A stretch of DNA of 64,000 nt from an uncultured Erysipelotrichaceae bacterium (GCA_902788735.1 CADALJ010000001.1:4005-68004); one strand, 5' to 3'. Numbered from the stretch's first letter, positions 49,687 through 60,002 are shown. Notes: a model not told the origin generated them from the letters alone. Translations and numbers: made by a program.

Positions 49687-49899
49687 ATGAAAAAATTCAA
49701 AAAGGGATTAATTAAGTTTTTAAAAAAGCCAAAAGTTGAAAGGGCAATAAAGACTTTTATTGAAGCATTTTCATCATATGTTGCCGTTAAGATTGTAACA
49801 GTTGATGTAACAGATAAAACAGCATTATATGGATTAATTGCCGGAGCTATTGGTAGTGCTATTTCAGTAATTCTTAATGTAAGAACTACGGAGAAGTAA
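49687..49899 (+). CDS. holin-like small membrane protein (70 aa)
   Basis: Amphipathic segment plus a C-terminal TM ALYGLIAGAIGSAISVIL; charged ends; immediately upstream of, and overlapping, the peptidoglycan-hydrolase gene. Confidence 0.45.
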   Translation: MKKFKKGLIKFLKKPKVERAIKTFIEAFSSYVAVKIVTVDVTDKTALYGLIAGAIGSAISVILNVRTTEK

Positions 49900-49900
49900 T

Positions 49901-50842
49901 ATGTTTAAGGGTCAAAAATCAATTAAAGATGGTATAGAAAACTTTCTATGCCCATTTACTGATATGTATATTTCACAAGGTTCAAATGGTGCATATTCAC
50001 ATAAGGGAATATTAGCCCATGATGTTAGAGGACATGTTTCAGGTGTAAGATATCCTTATTTCGCCCCATGTACATGTAAATGTATTAGGACTTACCCTGT
50101 TACAGGACAAGTAATGTGGCAATCAACAAATAAAGTTAGATTTGCTAATGGTAGAATTGACTATGCCACTTTTATGACAGCCCATGATGACACTATGGAT
50201 GCTAAAGTTGGAATGATTGTTCCACAAGGAAATCAATTAGGTAATATGGGAAGAAAAGGTTATTCAAATGTAACTGGTATCCATTGCCACATACAAATAA
50301 GTCAGTCTGCTGATACATCATGGTATAAGAATTCTTATGGTAACTATAAATTTAATAATGAATATGAACCTGAAGATTGTTATTTTGTAGACAATACAAA
50401 TATTATATATGCTTGCAATATTACAAATTGGAAAAAAACAGATAAAATTTCAGTAGACGAAAATATGGAGAAAGAAGTTGTAGATCAAATATTACACGTA
50501 GGTAGTAAAGTAAAATTTGATGGAATATTTAAGGTTGATAGTATAAGACTTCCACTTTCTACAAATCATTTTGGTAATACACAGTTGACCGGTGTAATCC
50601 CAGATGATTATAAAAATGGAAGATGTAGAGATTATCATTGGATTCCTTTAGATGATTGGACTGAAGTTGACCAATATGGAAATTCTCAGGAACAAGATCA
50701 AATTGTCTATAGCGGAGTATCATACGTGTTGAATAAAAATATATACACAGTAATTGGGATTGATATTCCTACCGATTCAGCAAAACTACGAATTAATGGT
50801 CATGATGTTTGGGTTTTTTGTACATATTTATATGAGGTATAA
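49901..50842 (+). CDS. M23-family (lysostaphin/LytM-like) peptidoglycan endopeptidase with C-terminal binding domain; candidate endolysin
   Basis: TAHDD..VGMIVPQGNQLGNMGRKGYSNVTGIHCHIQ aligns to the M23 signature GxxVxxGQxIGxxGxTGxSTGPHLHFE. About 150-aa C-terminal extension. Confidence 0.55.
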   Translation: MFKGQKSIKDGIENFLCPFTDMYISQGSNGAYSHKGILAHDVRGHVSGVRYPYFAPCTCKCIRTYPVTGQVMWQSTNKVRFANGRIDYATFMTAHDDTMDAKVGMIVPQGNQLGNMGRKGYSNVTGIHCHIQISQSADTSWYKNSYGNYKFNNEYEPEDCYFVDNTNIIYACNITNWKKTDKISVDENMEKEVVDQILHVGSKVKFDGIFKVDSIRLPLSTNHFGNTQLTGVIPDDYKNGRCRDYHWIPLDDWTEVDQYGNSQEQDQIVYSGVSYVLNKNIYTVIGIDIPTDSAKLRINGHDVWVFCTYLYEV

Positions 50843-50978
50843 AGAATAAAATAATTAATAAATGTACGTAAGAAATAAATAAAAAATTGCACAGCAATAT
50901 AAATTAGTTTAATATTACTAATTCAACAATTTACCCACAATAAAAATATAAAATAAATAAAGAAAGAAGGAATTAAAA

Positions 50979-51584
50979 ATGTATGATTATATAATTGATG
51001 CTTTTACAAGAGATGGAAATAATACAAATCTTGAAGTAGACAATTTAAATGTAGGATGTATTACATCCAAAAATAATAATTTTGATTTAGATAGTAATGG
51101 TAATTTAACAGTTAATTCAATTACTACTAATAGCATTACAGGGCAGGCACTTGCCAATCTGTTATATCCGATTGGTTCGATTTATATGTCTGTTGATTCA
51201 ACTAGCCCAGCAACATTATTTGGAGGAACATGGCAAAGATTTGCAAATGGACGTGTATTAGTTGGAATAGATGAAAACCAAACTGAGTTTAATACAGTAA
51301 ATAAAACAGGTGGAAGTAAAGACATGCAGAGACATACACATACTCAAAGCAGCTGTACAAATCCTGGCGATCACTCGCACAACACATGGAATTATTTCAC
51401 ATTCCATCATTCAAGTGGTGGTGTAACTACTTCATGCACAGGAGAACCATCAGATGGAAGAGGAAATCCTACTCAAGGAGCTGGAGGACACACTCATACT
51501 ATCACGTTGAATGAAACAGGAACTGGTACAAGCGGAAACTTACAACCATATGTATGTGTATACATTTGGCAAAGAGTAAGTTAG
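50979..51584 (+). CDS. phage tail-collar domain protein (tail fibre-like)
   Basis: LYPIGSIYMSVDSTSPATLFGGTWQR is the hallmark of the phage tail-collar domain. Gly/Thr/His-rich C-terminus. Ends 12 nt before the RHS gene. Confidence 0.65.
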   Translation: MYDYIIDAFTRDGNNTNLEVDNLNVGCITSKNNNFDLDSNGNLTVNSITTNSITGQALANLLYPIGSIYMSVDSTSPATLFGGTWQRFANGRVLVGIDENQTEFNTVNKTGGSKDMQRHTHTQSSCTNPGDHSHNTWNYFTFHHSSGGVTTSCTGEPSDGRGNPTQGAGGHTHTITLNETGTGTSGNLQPYVCVYIWQRVS

Positions 51585-51596
51585 GAGGTTTAAATA

Positions 51597-54500
51597 ATGG
51601 ATCGAATAGAATTAATTGATAAAAGAAAACCTCGTGAAAAACACTTTTTACAAAAAGATGGTACGATTCGTGCTGAAATATTCAATGAAGATGTTCATTA
51701 TCTAAAAGATGGAAAATATGAAGAAATTGATAATACATTAATTGAAAAGAAAGGTTCGATAGTAAATAAAAGTAATGATTATAGAGTCGAATTCAAAGAT
51801 AATTCACATGATTCATTAATGAAAATATCAAAAAATGATTTATTTATTGATTTTAAAATTAAAAATAATAAAGGTATAGAATCAAAAGTAGTAGAAAGAA
51901 AAGTGTCAGAAGAAAAGAAAAATGTTATTTTATCTAAATTAGATGATGATGTTTCAATAGAATATCAAGCATTATCTAATAAAGTAAAAGAAACAATAAT
52001 ATTACAAAGCAACAAATATAGCGAGCTTAGTTTTGAATTAAATACAAATTTAAAACTAAAATCTGAGAATGATGAAATATACGCTATTGATGCTGAAAAT
52101 AGAACTATCTTTAAAATTGAAAAACCATTTATGGTAGATGCAAATGGTGATAAGAATAATAGAATCTATTATTCGCTTGCAGAATATGATGATGCATATA
52201 TATTAAAATTAACATTAGACGATGAATGGCTAATGAATCCAGAAAGAAAATATCCAATATATATAGACCCAACAATATCAAATATAAGTAATAATAATAT
52301 AACACTATATGATACATATATATATCCAGGAGATTCACAAGATGATAGAGATAGTAAACCATATATAAAAGCAGGTACTGAAAGAATAAATGGTCAAGAT
52401 AGAGTAAATAGATCTCTAATCAAATTTGACTTACCAGAAATTGGAACAGGTAGTCATATAGTAAATGCAACACTAATACTTGTACCATATTATGAAGCTT
52501 TTCATGAAGAAGAATCTACATTATCGCGTACAGTAGAAGTAAGAAGAATTACAGAAAGTTGGAATCCATCTACTGCAACATGGTCAACTATGAATGATAA
52601 ATATGATTCAAGAGTTGAAAGTATAACTTTCTTTGAGAGATCTCATATAATAAATAATGTGGTTTATTATGGAACGACTTATTTAGATGTCACAAATTTA
52701 GTAAGAAATTGGTATAGTGGAGTGGCAAACCATGGACTAATGATAAAATCTTGCAATGAAGAATATTATGATGACAATTTTCCAATGTTTTTTTCCACTA
52801 ACAATAATGTCACAGGTGATCCAAAACCAATTATTTCAATTTCTTATGAAAATCAAAATGGTCTAGAAGAGTATTATGATTATAAAAGAATTAGCTGCGT
52901 AGACAGTGATACATTTATCAATACTTATAGCGGCAATATGACATCAGTATTTACAGTTGGAAAAACATTAGGACAGAGATTCCCAGCTAAAGCTACACTC
53001 GTATATAATACTAATGATGCTATTTTAAATAATTCAAGTTCATTTGGAAAAGGATTCAAATTAAACTATGAACAAAAAATAATAGAGGAAAATCAAGATT
53101 TATTATCTTTTATTGATGCTGATGGTACAACCCATTATTTTCATAAAGGAGGAAATGGGCTTAATTCAGATAGAATATTTGATAATACCAAGTATTATGA
53201 TGAAGATGGTTTAAATTTAATAATATCCATAGGACAAAATACATGTACAATGGAAGATTTAGATGGAAATCAAAAGACTTTTGAAAAATATAACAATATA
53301 TATTATTTAAAAAGTATAAAAGATATTAATAATAATAGTGTAACTGTTACATTAGATAATAATCAAAGAATAACAAAAATAAAGGATATTAATAATCAAG
53401 AAATAAACATTACATATAATAATTCAAGTGTTGTATTTAGTTGCACTGCTATGACAGTAACGGCATATAAAACTAACAATCTAATAACATCTATTCAAAC
53501 AATTAATGGTACAACAAATATCACTTATAACAACCTTGATTTAATAGAGATTATTGAAGATCCTAGTGGTACAAAACATAAATATGAGTATTATCAAACA
53601 ATACCGCATAGAATTTCTGAAATAACAATGTATGGTATCAATGATGGAATAGGTGACACAAATACATTTGAATATTATAGCAATAGTACATCAGTTACAA
53701 ATGGACAGGGATTAGTGGAAGTAATAACATTTAATGATAGAGGAAATGCTATTGAAAGAAATTATCAAAATAGTATCAATGATTTATCAGGAGCTTATTC
53801 ATCAACATGCAAATATGGTAATGGAGATAAAACAAATAGATTATTATCTAGCAATATTCCAATAAAGTATACAAAAAACTACATAGGAAATAGTAGTTTT
53901 GAAATGGATACAAACCCATTTATAATAGAAAATGGAATAGTTGCTAGTTTTGATACAAATAGTGCACATTCAGGTAATAGAAGTTTAAAATTAGAAACTA
54001 CATATAATAATAAAAAAGCATCCTCTGGATTTGCGCTAACCGGAAATAAACATTATACATTTAGTGGTTATTTTAAAGGAACAGGAACAGCAAGCATAAC
54101 ACTTTATTATATTCAACATGGAACTCAAGAAATAATAAGTAGTACTCAAGATATTGAACTTTCTAGTGATTTTGAAAGAGAAGATGTAACTTTATATTAT
54201 GGCAATGATGCTAACAGTGATTTAAATGTAATAATTGAATTATCAAACGGAACTTTATATGTCGATGATGTTCAATTAGAAGAAGGTGAGGTGGCAAATT
54301 ATTATAATATAATGGATAATGCGGACTTTAGTAATGGACTATCAGATTGGACATTATATGCGGGTAGTCAAATAGATCCACAAGATCCATATGATTATAT
54401 GAGTGTTGTAACTATAAATTCAAATAATGATACAGCACTTAAAATTGAAATGGATCCAGTAGTGCCGACAGCATTAGTAAAAAAATATGATATTAATGGG

Positions 54501-57500
54501 AAAACTGGTGATGTATATACTATATCATTTTGGTATAAAAATGGTAGCGTAACACCATATATGCCAAATGTAGGTAGTGCAGTAAGTATTTTTTACCAAC
54601 CATATAATAGTGATAATGGTCATTGTATAGTTTCAGAAATTATACCAAATACTGGTGATGAAACATGGCATTATTTTATTCATAAAGAAGTAGCAATTGA
54701 AGATTTCAAATCCATAACTATCAACTTCTCACAAACAGGTACAGCAAATGATTTTTATTTAACTAATATAGCTTTTTATAAAGATGTAACAAGAGGAGAA
54801 TTTGACTATGATAGTAATGGAAATTTAACTAGAATTAGTAATCAATCAAATAATACTAGTCAATTAAGTTATAATACTGATAGTCAGTTGAAAGATATAG
54901 TAAGTCCATCTGGACAAAAGGTAAAATATGAGTATGATAAAAATAAAAAGAGTAGATTAATTAGTTCTATATCAGCTGGCGGTATTGTAACTGAAAGCAA
55001 ATATGACAGTAATGGTAATATATGCAATATTAAAATATCAAATAAGACAATTCAAAATATTGATTCATCTGATTTATATACGATAAGAAATAATGGTACA
55101 GATAAGTATATAAAAGCAGAATTAAATGCGGTTTTATTAGAAACTAATGATTGTAGTAACACAAAATGGAAAATTCAAGAACAAAATAATGGTAAATATA
55201 AAATTATTTATAATGCATGTCCACAATATTCTGTATCTTATTTAAATGAAAATATAATTCTTTCTAATGAAAATATCAATAACCTATTTGAATTAGAACA
55301 AAATGATAATGGTAGTTTTCATATAAAATATATAGAAGAGACAGGTGAAGGTACAGCAATTAGATATTTAAAAGCAAATAATCAATTGATTGAAACAACT
55401 TTATATAGTGGAGAATCTTCAGATATTGAATTTTATATTGAAAAAATTCCAGATCAATTTATTGAAACTGATACAGAGTATACAACTGATGGAAAATATG
55501 AAGAAAAAAATATTAATAGTGATTTAACTGAGGAAGAATATGAATTTAATCCAAATACAGGTTTATTAACTAAATTAATCAATGTAAACGGAATAGAAAC
55601 TACATATTCATATAATTTGATGAATAAGATAAGTGGAATTGCATGTCAAAATAGAACAGTATCCTATAACTACAACACATCTGGATTGTTAAGTTCAGTA
55701 GCTGTTGGAAATAAAAATTATAATTTTGAATATGATGAATTCTTAAATAATACAAAAGTTAAAATAAACAATAACACATTAACCCAAAGTACATATTCAA
55801 ATGGAAAACTGACATCTACCACATATTCAAATGGCTCTAGCATAAACTATTATTATGATACATTAGACAGATTAGAACGTATTCAAAAAGACAATAGTGA
55901 AAACTATTACTTTAAATATAATAACAATGGTAATATTGCAAAAATAATTTCAAATAATGAACAAATAAAATGCTATTATGATGCAAGTAATAGAATCATA
56001 AAGTATAAAAACAATGATTTTAAAATAGATTATGATTATGATATAGATGACAGAAATATTTCAAAAAATTATAAATTAGAAAATCAAAGTCACACTAATG
56101 AATTTGAATTTAATAATGATAATTTAACAAAATTGACTGTAGATAATATAGATTTTAATTATGAATATGATAGTTTAGGCAGAATTACAAATAAAAAAAT
56201 CAATAATAATAATTATATGAATTATGAATATCTTTCAAATGGAAAGAGAACTTCTAACGAAATCGTTAAGATGTATTTAAATGGTGATGAGTATGAATAT
56301 GTTTATGATAAATTAGGAAATATCAATGAAGTTCATAAGAATAATATTCTAATAAATAAGTATTATTATGATGATTTTAGTCAGCTTACTATGAGTGAAG
56401 ATTATGTTGAACATAAGAAATATGAATATACTTATGATACTAACAGTAATTTAATTGAAAAAAAGGTAATTAATACATTAAATAACACTGTAATAGAAGA
56501 TATAATGCTTGGTTATAATAATTCAAGTTGGGAAGATCAGTTATCAACATATAATGGGACAACAATCACTTATGATAGTTTGGGAAATATTACAAGTTAT
56601 GGTAATAATGAATTGTTCACTTGGAACAATGGTAGAGAACTTACTCAATATAGTAATACAAATCAAAATATTACTGCTAATTATGCATATGATATGTCTG
56701 GTATAAGATGTTCAAAAAATATAAATAACATTTTAACAACATATTATACAGAAAATGGTAAAGTAATATATGAAAAAAGAAATAACGATATTATATATTA
56801 TTTATATGATATTCAAGGAATAGCAGGATTAATATATAATGGCAATATATATTACTATGAGAAAAATTTATTGGGAGATATTATAGGTATTTTAAATAGC
56901 CAATATCAAAAAATTGTATCATATCAATATGATGATTGGGGAAAAATTCTTTCAATAAAAGATTCAACTGGACAGGATATTATAAATCCAACTAATATAG
57001 GAATAATAAATCCATTTAGATATAGAGGATACTATTACGATAGTGAAACGGGATTATATTATTTGAATAGTAGATATTATAATCCAGAATGGTGTAGATT
57101 TATTTCCGCAGATGCGTTAATTGCTTCAAATCAAGATTTCCCATCATTTAATTTATATGTATATGCAAGTAATAACCCTATTATGAATACTGATATTTCT
57201 GGATATGGAATACTTAGTTCAATATCAAAAACAGTAAAGAAGGTCGTTAAAAAAGTATCAAAGGCAATAGGGTCTGTTGTAAATTCAGTAGTAAATACGT
57301 TTAAAAAAATAGTAAAAGTAAGTACTACCCAAACACAACACGTAGAAAAATCTTCACAAAATTGGGGTGTAGCAATTTATAGCAAGGGTACTATACAATC
57401 TGCAACAATAGAAACAAATCGCAAAGAAAACAGTATAATAGAAGCAAACCATGAAATTGGTGGTGGTGACTCAATTGGTTTCAATAATCAATTATTTGCG

Positions 57501-57794
57501 ACTTCTATAGCAGTAGATACAACAGGAGTAGATTTTTCTGTAAAAGGAAATACAGGATTTATAGCAAATCAAGAAATTATGTTTGGTATATATGGTGGAG
57601 ATGTATATATCCAACAAAACAGTATGGCAGAGGGTTCAGGTGTTAGTACAGGAACATATAAAAGATTAAGTGTAAATGGAATAGTTGCTGTTATTGTTGT
57701 GTCAGTAGCGACAGTAGTATTATGTAATTTATCAACAACGGCAGGAAAAGGAGTCGCAGCACCAATATTTGCTCCAGCCGTTTCACTTGCATAA
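51597..57794 (+). CDS. RHS/YD-repeat polymorphic toxin (2065 aa) with no N-terminal signal peptide and a C-terminal hydrophobic toxin domain
   Basis: N-terminal DNRLRE-like domain. Many YD repeats (YEYDSLGRI, YYYDTLDRL, YTYDTNSNL). RHS core FRYRGYYYDSETGLYYLNSRYYNPEWCRFISADALI..NLYVYASNNP. Internal CBM-like and ricin-B-like inserts. C-terminal about 195 aa is Lys-rich amphipathic, then Gly-rich, then a hydrophobic helix. Strong AGGAGG RBS. Confidence 0.9.
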   Translation: MDRIELIDKRKPREKHFLQKDGTIRAEIFNEDVHYLKDGKYEEIDNTLIEKKGSIVNKSNDYRVEFKDNSHDSLMKISKNDLFIDFKIKNNKGIESKVVERKVSEEKKNVILSKLDDDVSIEYQALSNKVKETIILQSNKYSELSFELNTNLKLKSENDEIYAIDAENRTIFKIEKPFMVDANGDKNNRIYYSLAEYDDAYILKLTLDDEWLMNPERKYPIYIDPTISNISNNNITLYDTYIYPGDSQDDRDSKPYIKAGTERINGQDRVNRSLIKFDLPEIGTGSHIVNATLILVPYYEAFHEEESTLSRTVEVRRITESWNPSTATWSTMNDKYDSRVESITFFERSHIINNVVYYGTTYLDVTNLVRNWYSGVANHGLMIKSCNEEYYDDNFPMFFSTNNNVTGDPKPIISISYENQNGLEEYYDYKRISCVDSDTFINTYSGNMTSVFTVGKTLGQRFPAKATLVYNTNDAILNNSSSFGKGFKLNYEQKIIEENQDLLSFIDADGTTHYFHKGGNGLNSDRIFDNTKYYDEDGLNLIISIGQNTCTMEDLDGNQKTFEKYNNIYYLKSIKDINNNSVTVTLDNNQRITKIKDINNQEINITYNNSSVVFSCTAMTVTAYKTNNLITSIQTINGTTNITYNNLDLIEIIEDPSGTKHKYEYYQTIPHRISEITMYGINDGIGDTNTFEYYSNSTSVTNGQGLVEVITFNDRGNAIERNYQNSINDLSGAYSSTCKYGNGDKTNRLLSSNIPIKYTKNYIGNSSFEMDTNPFIIENGIVASFDTNSAHSGNRSLKLETTYNNKKASSGFALTGNKHYTFSGYFKGTGTASITLYYIQHGTQEIISSTQDIELSSDFEREDVTLYYGNDANSDLNVIIELSNGTLYVDDVQLEEGEVANYYNIMDNADFSNGLSDWTLYAGSQIDPQDPYDYMSVVTINSNNDTALKIEMDPVVPTALVKKYDINGKTGDVYTISFWYKNGSVTPYMPNVGSAVSIFYQPYNSDNGHCIVSEIIPNTGDETWHYFIHKEVAIEDFKSITINFSQTGTANDFYLTNIAFYKDVTRGEFDYDSNGNLTRISNQSNNTSQLSYNTDSQLKDIVSPSGQKVKYEYDKNKKSRLISSISAGGIVTESKYDSNGNICNIKISNKTIQNIDSSDLYTIRNNGTDKYIKAELNAVLLETNDCSNTKWKIQEQNNGKYKIIYNACPQYSVSYLNENIILSNENINNLFELEQNDNGSFHIKYIEETGEGTAIRYLKANNQLIETTLYSGESSDIEFYIEKIPDQFIETDTEYTTDGKYEEKNINSDLTEEEYEFNPNTGLLTKLINVNGIETTYSYNLMNKISGIACQNRTVSYNYNTSGLLSSVAVGNKNYNFEYDEFLNNTKVKINNNTLTQSTYSNGKLTSTTYSNGSSINYYYDTLDRLERIQKDNSENYYFKYNNNGNIAKIISNNEQIKCYYDASNRIIKYKNNDFKIDYDYDIDDRNISKNYKLENQSHTNEFEFNNDNLTKLTVDNIDFNYEYDSLGRITNKKINNNNYMNYEYLSNGKRTSNEIVKMYLNGDEYEYVYDKLGNINEVHKNNILINKYYYDDFSQLTMSEDYVEHKKYEYTYDTNSNLIEKKVINTLNNTVIEDIMLGYNNSSWEDQLSTYNGTTITYDSLGNITSYGNNELFTWNNGRELTQYSNTNQNITANYAYDMSGIRCSKNINNILTTYYTENGKVIYEKRNNDIIYYLYDIQGIAGLIYNGNIYYYEKNLLGDIIGILNSQYQKIVSYQYDDWGKILSIKDSTGQDIINPTNIGIINPFRYRGYYYDSETGLYYLNSRYYNPEWCRFISADALIASNQDFPSFNLYVYASNNPIMNTDISGYGILSSISKTVKKVVKKVSKAIGSVVNSVVNTFKKIVKVSTTQTQHVEKSSQNWGVAIYSKGTIQSATIETNRKENSIIEANHEIGGGDSIGFNNQLFATSIAVDTTGVDFSVKGNTGFIANQEIMFGIYGGDVYIQQNSMAEGSGVSTGTYKRLSVNGIVAVIVVSVATVVLCNLSTTAGKGVAAPIFAPAVSLA

Positions 57795-57803
57795 CAAAAA
57801 AAT

Positions 57804-57831
57804 AAAAAGCACAAAATATTGTGCTTTTTAA
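57804..57831 (+). terminator. intrinsic terminator after the RHS gene
   Basis: Hairpin aaagcacaa-aatat-tgtgcttttt. Confidence 0.6.
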
Positions 57832-57863
57832 TATATATATGATAAAATTAATTTGGTGATAGT

Positions 57864-58547
57864 ATGAAAATTAAAAAAAATATGAATATACTATTTTGGA
57901 TAACATTAGTTTCATTTGTAGGATGGTTTGTATCTTGGGGATATTTAACTAAAGATCTTCCGGTTGAATTAGCATTTCTTCCGCTAGAATGGGCTAATTG
58001 GATATGGATGATAATCCCGATATATACTATATATTATTCATATAAGAATAGAAAAGTAGGTAAAGCTATTAGAAATATAATAGCTGCAGTTATATTGATT
58101 TTGGTATTAATTCCAGGATTAATTCCAGATAATAAAGTAAAATACAATAATATACATAAATATGAAGAAATACTTAATATAAATTTTCCAAAAACTGGAA
58201 TTTTAATAAATGAAATAGGACTAGATATAGATGACAATAAAGACGATATTAGAATAGAATTAGCATATTATAAAAAAAGTATTGACATTAGCAAATTAGA
58301 AAACCAAATAAAAAAGTCAAAACAATGGACTAAAAAAGAAAATGTAGGCAAAAAATTATATAAAATACTTCCAGATATAGTTAGATTTGATGATGAACAA
58401 TATATATTAGTATACAATAATGATACTAAAGAATATAACACACCTTTAGAGGAAAATAAAATATATGACATATATACCGCTATATATTATAAAAAATATA
58501 GAGCAATATATATATATCATTACCAATATAATAATAAAGAAGAATAA
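57864..58547 (+). CDS. multi-pass membrane protein, candidate cognate immunity protein of the RHS C-terminal toxin
   Basis: 3 N-terminal TM segments plus a soluble Lys/Tyr-rich domain, located immediately 3' of the toxin. Confidence 0.45.
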   Translation: MKIKKNMNILFWITLVSFVGWFVSWGYLTKDLPVELAFLPLEWANWIWMIIPIYTIYYSYKNRKVGKAIRNIIAAVILILVLIPGLIPDNKVKYNNIHKYEEILNINFPKTGILINEIGLDIDDNKDDIRIELAYYKKSIDISKLENQIKKSKQWTKKENVGKKLYKILPDIVRFDDEQYILVYNNDTKEYNTPLEENKIYDIYTAIYYKKYRAIYIYHYQYNNKEE

Positions 58548-58671
58548 AGATGAGAAAACGAATGCTATATAATTAAAGTTATATAATACTCGTTTTTTTT
58601 GGATAAACAAAAATTATACAATTAGTAGAAATTTATTTAATTTGCTTTAAAAAAGAAATGAACGCTATCAA

Positions 58672-58878
58672 ATGATTAAAGATTATTTAGAAGAAGTAAT
58701 AAGAGAAACAATAGACATGAAAGGTTTTACTTCATTAAAAGCATATAATCTATATGAGCAAAGTGAAAAATTAAAAAATAATATTAAATATATTAAAGAA
58801 GCAAATAATAAATTATCTGATGCTATTATAGTAGAAGAAAAATATAAAAAATACACAAAAAATAAGAACAAGCAATAG
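58672..58878 (+). CDS. small hypothetical protein (68 aa)
   Basis: ORF only; weak. Confidence 0.3.
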   Translation: MIKDYLEEVIRETIDMKGFTSLKAYNLYEQSEKLKNNIKYIKEANNKLSDAIIVEEKYKKYTKNKNKQ

Positions 58879-58887
58879 CTTGTTCTT

Positions 58888-59337
58888 TTATTTAATATAT
58901 TTTTTATTTTTCTCTTCAAAAAAATTTTTATTAAGTCTTTTACTGAAAGACTTTCTATTAGCCATACAATATTCATCCCATTTATAATGGACTGGTCCAA
59001 ATGTTTCGCCATACTTAGGAACTCCTTCTATATTAATATCATCATCAATAAAAGGTATAGGATTATTTGAATAAATATTTCTTCTAACTTGTTCTTCTGA
59101 AAAAACTTTATTATTTATCATTGAAGAAGTACGTTCAAATTTATAAGGATCTCTATCACAACATTTTTTATATAATAAATGAAGTTCCATTCCTCTTATA
59201 TTTGAAAGATCACATAAAATAAGTCCCATCATACCATATTTAGTATGCATAAGTTCTAATACAGATGATAGTGCTATAGGATTACCTTGAGACATAGCAA
59301 ATGCCATATTAGTAAGATATATATCTTCTTCTTTCAT
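58888..59337 (-). CDS. hypothetical protein (149 aa), possible orphan immunity-type gene
   Basis: GGGGGAAAA RBS on the minus strand; no motif. Confidence 0.45.
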   Translation of the reverse strand: MKEEDIYLTNMAFAMSQGNPIALSSVLELMHTKYGMMGLILCDLSNIRGMELHLLYKKCCDRDPYKFERTSSMINNKVFSEEQVRRNIYSNNPIPFIDDDINIEGVPKYGETFGPVHYKWDEYCMANRKSFSKRLNKNFFEEKNKKYIK

Positions 59338-59432
59338 AATAATTTTCCCCCCTCTGTAAAGTGTCTAATATAATAACATAAATAATCATTTTTTACAAAT
59401 CTATGTTATAATAAATCTCGGAGGAAAATAAA

Positions 59433-60002
59433 ATGAAAAAAATATTAGGAATAATTAGTATGGCACTAGTTTTAGTATTAGTAACTGGTTGTAGTTTAAT
59501 ACCAGGACAAAAAACAAATGCTAATGGAAATGTATTAGAAAAACCAGCTAAAGGAAATTGTAATGTATTTGAATGTATTAAAAAGATAAATCTTACAGAT
59601 GATTTAGATAAAGTAACAAAAGTTATGGGTTTTGAAGGTAATTTATTAAATGAAGGGTCTACATATAAAACATATAAATGGGTAATTAATCATGATAAAA
59701 ATGAAGCAGTACAAGTAGCATTTAATGCTAATAGTACAGTAATAAGTATTACATTTAGTGATGAAGATATTAAAAATCCTAAAGTAGATTTTTCAAAATA
59801 TGAAGAAATTAAAACTGCATTAAACAATAAAGAAAAATTAACATATAATGATATTAAAACTAAATTTAAAGCTGATGGAACGTTAATTGAAAAATCTACA
59901 TTATCAACTAGATATAGATGGGTTAATGAAAATGGTAGATATATTAATGCTACATTCAGTAATTCTACTGGTGCTTGTACAATGATAATGGGAAGAATTT
60001 AA
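59433..60002 (+). CDS. lipoprotein (paralog A)
   Basis: Lipobox LVTGC. Shares GNCNVFECIKKI..VMGFEG..YKW with the next gene. Confidence 0.6.
   Translation: MKKILGIISMALVLVLVTGCSLIPGQKTNANGNVLEKPAKGNCNVFECIKKINLTDDLDKVTKVMGFEGNLLNEGSTYKTYKWVINHDKNEAVQVAFNANSTVISITFSDEDIKNPKVDFSKYEEIKTALNNKEKLTYNDIKTKFKADGTLIEKSTLSTRYRWVNENGRYINATFSNSTGACTMIMGRI

Noticed and set aside
52129-57814. Small ORFs inside or antisense to the RHS gene (52129-52362 minus, 56509-56706 plus, 57569-57814 minus).
   Set aside because: They are embedded in a continuous 2065-aa ORF with clear RHS/YD homology; frame artefacts.
58034-59012. Antisense ORFs in the immunity gene (58034-58237, 58268-58471) and 58683-59012 minus.
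   Set aside because: Overlap better-supported ORFs. The 58683-59012 ORF has no RBS and overlaps both neighbours.
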